DNA of 64,000 bases from contig CACEMW010000004.1 of assembly GCA_902560705.1 (NCBI GenBank), positions 878-64,877 of the forward strand. Direction: 5' to 3'. Position 1 is the first letter of the stretch, and each line of letters begins with the position of its first letter. Of this stretch, positions 57,272-64,000 are shown piece by piece. Source of the stretch: an uncultured Verrucomicrobiota bacterium. GTDB taxonomy: Bacteria > Verrucomicrobiota > Verrucomicrobiia > Limisphaerales > AAA164-E04. The notes beneath the pieces were generated by a model, which worked only from the letters and a program-made list of their open reading frames with translations, searched no databases and was not told the DNA's origin. The translations under genes and the position numbers were made by a program.

Positions 57272-58329
57272 TTCTGAACCGACTCCATTTTTTCAATCAT
57301 TTTGCGTAGCTTGGAGAGTGCCAGATTTTGAATTTGCCGGACACGCTCACGAGTGACGTTGAAATGCTCACCCACTTCTTCCAAGGTTCGTTCCGAACCT
57401 CCATCCAGGCCAAATCGATATTCGAGAATGGTGGCTTCCCGGTGAGGCAAGGTTTTGATCAGGTCGTAGAGCATGTCATTGACCGTCTTGTCTTCGAGTT
57501 GCTTGTAGGGATTCTCGGCTTTCTCATCACTGACAATTTCGGCAAATGTGCTGTTGTCATCCCCAATGGGAGAATCCAAGGAGGCCGGACGGATGGCGGC
57601 ACGCCTGAGCCGAGCAACCTTCAGTGCGTCCATTTCCATTTCCTCCCCCAATTCCTCGTCGGTGGGTTCGCGACCCAAAGCCTCCTGCAACTTCAAGGCG
57701 GTACGCTTGAGCTTGGAAATTTTATCCACCAAATGGACAGGAAGGCGGATAGTTTTGGATTGATTAGCAAGACTGCGCTTGATGGCCTGTTTGATCCACC
57801 AAGCGCTGTAAGTGGAGAGCTTGCTTCCCTTGGTGGGGTCAAAGCGCTCCACGGCCTTCATGAGGCCGATGTTGCCCTCGTTGATGAGATCCAAAAGAGG
57901 CAGTCCCAGTCCTTCGTAATCGTGTGCAATTTTGACCACCAGGCGCAAGTTGGCCTTGATCATCTGATCTCTTGCCTCCCCATCACCTTTTTGAATCCGC
58001 ACAGCAAGAGCGATTTCTTCATCAGGTGTGAGAAGTGCCACCTGGCCTATTTCGCGAAGATACAATTTGAAGGCGGTGTCCCCATCGTAACGCTCGCGCG
58101 CAGGTTCTCCTTCAGAAACTTCAGACTTGGGAGTGGAACGAGGCACGTCAGCATCTTCAAATTCGGATGCATCTTCTTCTTCAGAAAAGCCAGAAGTATC
58201 CTCTTCTTCCTCCATCAGCGCATGACTGAGATCTTCGTCATCGCCCGCCAAAACACCCTCTTCATCCTGAAGGTGGGTCTCTTCAGCATCGTCCAAAGGA
58301 GGTTCTTGAGTGGGCTTTTGGGCTGCCAT
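57268..58329 (-). CDS. rpoD: RNA polymerase sigma-70 factor, RpoD-like (group 1/2) with acidic N-terminus
   Basis: Contains YLREIGQVALLTPDEEIALA, DLINEGNIGLMKAVERFDPTKGSKLSTYSAWWIKQAI, TIRLPVHLVDKISKL and TLEEVGEHFNVTRERVRQI. Confidence 0.8.
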   Translation of the reverse strand: MAAQKPTQEPPLDDAEETHLQDEEGVLAGDDEDLSHALMEEEEDTSGFSEEEDASEFEDADVPRSTPKSEVSEGEPARERYDGDTAFKLYLREIGQVALLTPDEEIALAVRIQKGDGEARDQMIKANLRLVVKIAHDYEGLGLPLLDLINEGNIGLMKAVERFDPTKGSKLSTYSAWWIKQAIKRSLANQSKTIRLPVHLVDKISKLKRTALKLQEALGREPTDEELGEEMEMDALKVARLRRAAIRPASLDSPIGDDNSTFAEIVSDEKAENPYKQLEDKTVNDMLYDLIKTLPHREATILEYRFGLDGGSERTLEEVGEHFNVTRERVRQIQNLALSKLRKMIEKMESVQK

Positions 58330-58506
58330 GGGGCTTGGAGAAGATGGTTAAGAAATTAGAAGGTTGTAGCAAGTAAATAAATCCCGAGGCACCCAATCAC
58401 AAAGAGCCTTTACAGGGCTCCAAGGCTCCTCTACTTAGAGTCACTTGGAAAGCACAGACGCCTCTTGTTTTTCTTCGGAGATCAAAACCAACAAAACCCT
58501 ACTCCA

Positions 58507-59934
58507 ATGCACATTCTTCAGGCACGATTGCGCACCATACCACTGAAAACCCGCATGCCATTCAAGTATGGCATTGCAACCATGACCACCTTCCCCCTGG
58601 CGTTCATCGAGCTCCAATGTCAGATCAATGGCATCAAAACCAGAGGATGGTCTTCTGACATTCTTCCGCCCAAATGGTTCACCAAAGAAGCTGATAAGGA
58701 TCCAATGGTCGAGATCATCGAAATGCAGGAAGTCATCGAACATGCTTGCCTCGCTAGCAAAGAGTTGCAAGCCGATCAACCCTTTGATTTTTGGTGCAAG
58801 CTGTATACATGTCAAGCCACGTGGGCTGCTGAGAGAAACATACCCTCCCTGTTAGCTCAATTCGGCACCTCGCTCATCGAACGAGCCATCATGGATGCTT
58901 ATTGTCGATACCAAGGGAAACCATTCCACCAGCTCCTGCTCCATCACGGACTGGGGTTTGATCCCCATTGGTTTGGGAAACCCTTTGCTCTGGCGAGCAT
59001 GGGTGAAACCATCCCTGCCAAGCCTCTCGAATACCTCATAGTGCGTCATACCGTGGGGCTGTCTGATCCCATACTGGATTCGGATATCCAACCATCGGAG
59101 CGACTGGAGGATGGTCTTCCACAATCCCTTGCGCGTTGCATCGCGCATTACGGAATCAAACACCTGAAGATCAAGATCGCAGGTGATATGCAGGAGGATG
59201 CGGAGCGGCTCTTACGCATTGAACGCATGCTTAAAACTAAGCCTCTCGAGGACACGAGGTTCAGCCTCGACGGAAACGAACGTTTTGATTCCATGGCCCT
59301 TTTCAAGGATTACTGGCAACGACTCGAGAGTGATCCACGCTTAAAACGATTCTTTGAGCGCATTCTTTTTGTGGAGCAACCCTTGCACCGACAAAGCGCT
59401 CTTGAGGGAGAAACAGCCGCTACATTATCCTCCTGGGACCATGCCCCCCCCATCATCATCGATGAATCTGATGGAGACATTCACAGTAATGAGAAGGGAC
59501 TCTCCCTTGGCTACGCAGGAACCAGCCACAAAAACTGCAAAGGCATTTTCAAGAGTATCGCCAACGCCTGCCTACTTAAGGCAAAGGAAAAAGAGTTCCC
59601 CAACCGTCCTTTCCTCATCAGTGGGGAAGACCTCTGCAACCAAGGCCCGATTTCGGTCATTCAAGATTGCTGCGTAGCTGCCAGCCTGGGTATTTCCTCC
59701 GTCGAGCGCAATGGACACCACTACTGCACGGGATTGGCTGACCATCCTACCGGGATCCAGAAGGCCATCATGCAGAACCATGATGATTTTTATCGCCTCC
59801 ATGATCATGGGTGGCCAACCTTGCATATCCGTGATGGCCTGATTTCGACGCAAAGCCTCAATCGATCCTCATTTGGCCTGGGTTTTGAACCGGATTTAGG
59901 CGACTATCCTTGTGAAGTGGATCGAACTTTCTAA
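58507..59934 (+). CDS. enolase-superfamily (mandelate racemase/muconate lactonizing enzyme-like) protein, tentative
   Basis: Spacing of KHLKIKIAG, LDGNERF, EQPL and IIIDESD resembles the KxK / D / E / D metal-ligand series of the enolase superfamily. Start taken at MHILQARL. Confidence 0.5.
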   Translation: MHILQARLRTIPLKTRMPFKYGIATMTTFPLAFIELQCQINGIKTRGWSSDILPPKWFTKEADKDPMVEIIEMQEVIEHACLASKELQADQPFDFWCKLYTCQATWAAERNIPSLLAQFGTSLIERAIMDAYCRYQGKPFHQLLLHHGLGFDPHWFGKPFALASMGETIPAKPLEYLIVRHTVGLSDPILDSDIQPSERLEDGLPQSLARCIAHYGIKHLKIKIAGDMQEDAERLLRIERMLKTKPLEDTRFSLDGNERFDSMALFKDYWQRLESDPRLKRFFERILFVEQPLHRQSALEGETAATLSSWDHAPPIIIDESDGDIHSNEKGLSLGYAGTSHKNCKGIFKSIANACLLKAKEKEFPNRPFLISGEDLCNQGPISVIQDCCVAASLGISSVERNGHHYCTGLADHPTGIQKAIMQNHDDFYRLHDHGWPTLHIRDGLISTQSLNRSSFGLGFEPDLGDYPCEVDRTF

Positions 59935-60006
59935 CCGAGTGGCGTATTGACCTTGCGAGTTCAAGAGGGCAAGATGAATGTGTAAAGAGCAGTCATTCAT
60001 TCGCTA

Positions 60007-60030
60007 CCACACCACACCACACCACACCAC
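60007..60030. repeat. (CCACA)n pentanucleotide microsatellite, about 4.8 units
   Basis: ccaca ccaca ccaca ccaca ccac was read directly. It ends 17 nt upstream of the erpA/iscA start. Confidence 0.85.
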
Positions 60031-60046
60031 GTCACAGACCACAGAC

Positions 60047-60394
60047 ATGCCAGAGGTTATTCCACAACATCCTCTCACGATCACGGCGGCAGCCGCGGAA
60101 GAGATTCAATCAATGCTCCAGCATCAGAAAGAGCATCAAGGCAAGCCCCTGAGAATCTACATCGAAAAAGGAGGATGCTCAGGCATGCAATACGGTTTGC
60201 TTTTCGATGAAGTACGAGAAGGTGACACGTCATGGTCACAATATGGAATCGACCTGGTGATCGATGCGATCAGTACAGAAGTTTTGGCAGGATCGATGGT
60301 CGACTATTCCGATGACCTCAATCAGGGAGGATTCAAACTCACCAACCCAAATGCCAAACGCTCCTGCGGCTGCGGCAAATCCTTTGAGGTCTAG
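60047..60394 (+). CDS. erpA: A-type iron-sulfur cluster carrier (HesB/IscA/ErpA family)
   Basis: Contains LRIYIEKGGCSGMQYGL and a C-terminal NPNAKRSCGCGKSF. Confidence 0.85.
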   Translation: MPEVIPQHPLTITAAAAEEIQSMLQHQKEHQGKPLRIYIEKGGCSGMQYGLLFDEVREGDTSWSQYGIDLVIDAISTEVLAGSMVDYSDDLNQGGFKLTNPNAKRSCGCGKSFEV

Positions 60395-60504
60395 CCGCCC
60401 AGCAGAAGATCGATGATAAGCTGTTAAAATTGGGCACTTGAATGCCAGACATAGGGTTGCTAGGTTCCCCTTCTCGTGGAATTCTGCTCCACGCGACCAA
60501 CCTT

Positions 60505-60593
60505 GCCGGTGTGGCGAAATTGGCAGACGCACAAGACTTAAAATCTTGCGAGGGTTAAACCTCATGTCGGTTCGAGTCCGACCACCGGTACCA
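60505..60593 (+). tRNA. tRNA-Leu (anticodon UAA), CCA encoded
   Basis: Folded manually. Acceptor GCCGGTG/CACCGGT (G1-U72 wobble). D arm GCG-AAATTGGCAGA-CGC. Anticodon stem CAAGA/TCTTG with loop CTTAAAA. Long variable arm GAGG-GTTAAA-CCTC. T arm GTCGG-TTCGAGT-CCGAC. Discriminator A, then CCA. Confidence 0.85.
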
Positions 60594-60664
60594 CTCACTC
60601 CTCTCCAACAAGCGTTTGCAGTTGACGGTTGCACCTATCGCTTCAGCTCACAGGTATGGTTCCA

Positions 60665-63322
60665 TCAGCGCGCCTTGAATGAGTCACTTAAAATCACAGC
60701 AAGGATGACATCCTGCAGACCGTATTGGCTTTGGGTGGCCTCAGCAGTGAGCTGCTGCAAGACGCGACGATCCCCAAAACTTAATTTCCGTCCCAGGCTG
60801 TAGACCATGAGTTTTTCGATCAAACAGCGGGTCAATAAATCCATGTGCCCAAGAAGGTAAGCCTTTAGATCTCTCACATCTCCAATAACCGTGCCATCAG
60901 CTAGTGTGGCGGATGCATCAATGCGTGACCCAAGTCGTGTACCCCGTCCTTGGTTGGCATAGAACTCTTCTTTCAGCGTTTGGGAGGCATCTTCGGTATA
61001 AATGGGATAATGTTCTCGCCAACGACCCACCGGATCAAATTGCTCCATGACAAAACCCAAAGGATCAATTTTTTTATGACATCGAGCACAGTTACTATCT
61101 GATGCATGCCTGGTCATTTGCTCACGCATGCTACGGGCACCAGAGGTATCGGGCGCGATGGCTGGCACACCAGGCGGAGGCGGCGCCGTAGGTTGCCCGA
61201 ATACATTTTCCAGGAGCCAGACCCCTCGATGCACCGGATGGGTATCCACCCCATTGGCCGTGGCCATCATGATGGCGGCCAACCCTAAAAGCCCACCTTG
61301 GGTGCCACCTTTGGGAAAGCTCACCCGCTGCATAGCGGATTCGGTCAATGTTCCACCATAGATTTTATTGAGATTTATGTTTCGAAAGCTGAACCCAGGA
61401 TCGATGAAGTCTTCCAATGGACGATTATGGTGCAACATTTCGTCGAAGAAGAGTTCAACCTCCTCGATAATGGATTGGCGATCGGGTTCGTAAAACTTGA
61501 GCAAACGAGGATCTGGCATGATATCCTTGAGCTTTCGCGTCGCAAGCCACTGGCCCGTGAAATGCTTGACAAATTGCTTCCTGCTGGCTTTTTGCAACAG
61601 ACGACGCGCCTCTGCTTCCAGCCTTTCAGGCTGCAGAATGCGATCCGAGTTGGCGGCACTCATCAGCAAATCATCGGGTGCACTTCCATTCAGGAAATAA
61701 CTCAGACGACTGGCTAATTCATAGGCACCCAGCCCCCCATTGCCGATTTCGCGAAATAGAAATTGGGGAGAGATCAGCACCCTTCTCACTGCCAGATGCA
61801 GCGCATCTTCGATCCGCTTTTTGGGAAAATCAGCCCGATGGGTCTGAACCATCTCCACGTATTGGGAGAGTTGGCCTTCCTCCACAGGGAAACGAAAGGC
61901 TTTGGTAAGAAATCCTCTCAGGAAGCGCTCTGCAAAGTCCACATCCGTTAATTCGCTGGAGTGCCGCCCTAAAAAATCACGAGAACGCTTTATCTTTTCA
62001 CGCGCCTTTTGGCTTAGCATCACAAGATTTGGACCCGTAATTGAAAGACCCAACACATCCAGAGCTGGACCTTGTCGATGCATTTCTTCCTGAGCGTAGG
62101 CCTTGCACCAATTGTGAGGCCCATTGAAGAGGCCTCCACCATAAACCTCCGGCGAATGGGCCAGCGCAGGATCACTCAAATCGAGTGTCTGGCGTTCCAT
62201 AAGTTCACGAATGGCCCCGTAGAACTCCACCTGTGAAGAGCCTCGCTTACCCCCATTCAACTCAAGAGCTGCGGCATAAAAGGCACGATCGTTCAAAAGA
62301 CGATCCTCTAGAAACGCATGCGACAAATCAATGCGGCCAGGATCGGAGTAAATAGGACCATCGGCCCAGCGCAAACCCAGTATTTCGCCTGCATCCATCT
62401 CTATCTCAAGGGCGTTACCAAGGCTTGGGGCTCCACTGGCTGAGATGAACACCTCGCCCACCAATCTCAAATCCGAAAACCGGGCATATTTTTCTTGGCC
62501 GTTCTGACGCGCATAAACCTGCAGCTGGAAGGGGCGAGTTCGTTTTTCATAAAACATGTCATCGGTTTGAAAAGTACACGCATCGATCTTCAGTTGATAG
62601 TTACCGCTGTAGGGAGCCTCGAAAGACCCTGTCCAACCTGCAGCACTTGCCATATTGCGCGAAGAAACCAGCCGGAAAGCAGCCTCAGCAGCCTTCCCCC
62701 CACCTCCCTCGTCCGTATTCAAATCAGATGGAGTCACCCTGTAGGATCGGGGTTGGACTCGGGGCAATTGAGTCGGCTCAGGAATCCATTCATTGGCAAT
62801 GGCAGTGGCAATTTCCAGATATTGAGCCATTAAAGGCGGAGACATCACCAGACCGGAGGCGACATTATCAAAACCCAGATTGGAAACATCGGAGGGAAAG
62901 GATGGAGGCAGTTCAAATTCGGGATAATCAAACAAGTCGCGGATAGTGTTTTGATATTCCACACGACTGAGACGCCGAGGCACGGTGCCTCCAGGGGGGG
63001 CGTGGTTGACTAACTCTGCCTCAAGCCATTCCAAAAGGCTTTTTCGTTGCTTTGCCGCTGGAAAGGCATCGGCATCTTCTGGTGGCATGTCGCCTGACTC
63101 CACAACCTCGTGTATCGTCGTCCAAAGATCGAGTGTTTGTGCAGATTTCCAATCCAGCGAATCGATCTCAAGCCGAACCCCACCTTCCAATGCATCATCA
63201 CGACCGGCATGACACTGGTGGCAATATTGCTGCAAAAAGAGCTTTATGCCGGGTGGTGGAGATTCCCCAATCAGCAAGCCGCTTGCAACAAAGCTCCAGT
63301 ATAAACAAACCTTCCATTTCAT
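60665..63322 (-). CDS. secreted DUF1587/DUF1592/DUF1595/DUF1588/DUF1585-family protein with an N-terminal CXXCH
   Basis: Contains a signal peptide and CHQCHAGRDD. Other motifs are RRLSRVEYQNTIRDLFDY, GLLGLAAIMMATANGVDTHPVHRGVWLLENVF and CARCHKKIDPLGFVMEQFDPVGRWRE. Confidence 0.8.
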   Translation of the reverse strand: MKWKVCLYWSFVASGLLIGESPPPGIKLFLQQYCHQCHAGRDDALEGGVRLEIDSLDWKSAQTLDLWTTIHEVVESGDMPPEDADAFPAAKQRKSLLEWLEAELVNHAPPGGTVPRRLSRVEYQNTIRDLFDYPEFELPPSFPSDVSNLGFDNVASGLVMSPPLMAQYLEIATAIANEWIPEPTQLPRVQPRSYRVTPSDLNTDEGGGGKAAEAAFRLVSSRNMASAAGWTGSFEAPYSGNYQLKIDACTFQTDDMFYEKRTRPFQLQVYARQNGQEKYARFSDLRLVGEVFISASGAPSLGNALEIEMDAGEILGLRWADGPIYSDPGRIDLSHAFLEDRLLNDRAFYAAALELNGGKRGSSQVEFYGAIRELMERQTLDLSDPALAHSPEVYGGGLFNGPHNWCKAYAQEEMHRQGPALDVLGLSITGPNLVMLSQKAREKIKRSRDFLGRHSSELTDVDFAERFLRGFLTKAFRFPVEEGQLSQYVEMVQTHRADFPKKRIEDALHLAVRRVLISPQFLFREIGNGGLGAYELASRLSYFLNGSAPDDLLMSAANSDRILQPERLEAEARRLLQKASRKQFVKHFTGQWLATRKLKDIMPDPRLLKFYEPDRQSIIEEVELFFDEMLHHNRPLEDFIDPGFSFRNINLNKIYGGTLTESAMQRVSFPKGGTQGGLLGLAAIMMATANGVDTHPVHRGVWLLENVFGQPTAPPPPGVPAIAPDTSGARSMREQMTRHASDSNCARCHKKIDPLGFVMEQFDPVGRWREHYPIYTEDASQTLKEEFYANQGRGTRLGSRIDASATLADGTVIGDVRDLKAYLLGHMDLLTRCLIEKLMVYSLGRKLSFGDRRVLQQLTAEATQSQYGLQDVILAVILSDSFKAR

Positions 63323-63325
63323 GAG

Positions 63326-64000
63326 CTAGGATAGTTGCTCATTCAAGTTATGACTCGCTCCGGCAAATGAGTCTATTTCCATGCCCATCCCTTGCATAAG
63401 CGTCAACAGTAAATCCCCCAACATTCTCGCATGGCTTGCCGATCGATCGCTGGCCCAGTGATGACCGTGAGAAAATCCGCCACCCGCAACTAAACTAGGC
63501 AAGTTGCTATTGTCATGGGTGTTGGAATCCCCCATCCCACTGCCATACACGATGGCGGTGGATTGCAGCAAAGACTGTCCATGGGAATCCTGATGCTCCT
63601 CAAGCTTTCGAACAAAGCGAGCAAATCGTTTCACATGTTCCCTACCGACCAGATTGTAATCAGCAATTTTTTTCGGATCGTTTCCATGGTGAGAAAGACC
63701 ATGGTAGCCGGCACTCAGTCGACGACCATCAATCTCAAAGACCTGACTCCAGCCAGGCACTAGAAACGTGATTACCCGGGTGGAGTCAGTGCTCAGCGCC
63801 AGTGCCATAAGATCATACATCAAGGACTCACATTCCAGGGATTGATCGGGAGAAACAGGATCAAAAGGCGGTAATGCATAGTTCGTTTTGGGAAAGGGTT
63901 TACCCAACCAGACTTCCTGTTTCTGCACCATTTTTTCCACATCTCTCACCGAAGCGAGATACTCGTCGACTTTCCCTTGGTCCCGACGAGACACTTTCCT
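63326..64000 (-). CDS. DUF1552-family protein, C-terminal part (5-prime end outside the window)
   Basis: The frame is open to the window edge. Contains DSTRVITFLV, GYHGLSHHGN and LPSLVAGGG. The GTG given by the ORF track is probably not the true start, because family members in this window are about 460 aa. Confidence 0.75.
   Translation of the reverse strand, partial: RKVSRRDQGKVDEYLASVRDVEKMVQKQEVWLGKPFPKTNYALPPFDPVSPDQSLECESLMYDLMALALSTDSTRVITFLVPGWSQVFEIDGRRLSAGYHGLSHHGNDPKKIADYNLVGREHVKRFARFVRKLEEHQDSHGQSLLQSTAIVYGSGMGDSNTHDNSNLPSLVAGGGFSHGHHWASDRSASHARMLGDLLLTLMQGMGMEIDSFAGASHNLNEQLS

Noticed and set aside
57328-58359. 343-aa ORF on the plus strand
   Set aside because: It is entirely antisense to the well-supported rpoD-like gene. 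It has low-complexity composition and no recognisable motifs, which is typical of a shadow ORF in GC-rich coding DNA.

Overview
This 64-kb window reads like a Planctomycetota/Verrucomicrobiota-type chromosome segment. I infer that from the gene content only. It has three DUF1592-type/DUF1552 pairs, two PSCyt-DUF1549-DUF1553/DUF1501 pairs, an HX9DG prepilin-like protein and a Cys-type sulfatase. The right third holds housekeeping genes: monomeric icd, proS, apt, an rpoD-like sigma factor, ogg, erpA/iscA and tRNA-Leu(UAA). Two regions stand out. (1) At 17.5-27.8 kb there are two divergently transcribed, paralogous two-gene cassettes. Each encodes a three-module TIR protein followed by a large STAND-type P-loop NTPase. 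The NTPase carries a coiled coil, one predicted transmembrane helix and then a repeat sensor that differs between copies: about 14 WD40-like blades in one, helical TPR-like repeats in the other. A small zinc-ribbon ORF sits in the shared control region. I rate this the best candidate for a previously undescribed conflict/defence system. (2) Bases 1-8.1 kb form a strongly AT-rich block of redox genes: a DUF3365 haem protein, cytochrome c5, a globin with a decayed 5-prime duplicate, and a NirB-like flavoprotein fused to a [2Fe-2S] module and a His-rich membrane domain, start/stop-overlapped with an 11-haem cytochrome. The block ends at a compositional break that coincides with one copy of a 70-nt hairpin-containing repeat. 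Smaller observations are a G10 homopolymer frameshift splitting a roughly 685-aa membrane protein, gene remnants, an EF-hand pair inside a beta-propeller, and a pentanucleotide microsatellite. All family assignments come from motifs read by eye. No database search, HMM or structure prediction was run, and the identity and GC figures are hand estimates.
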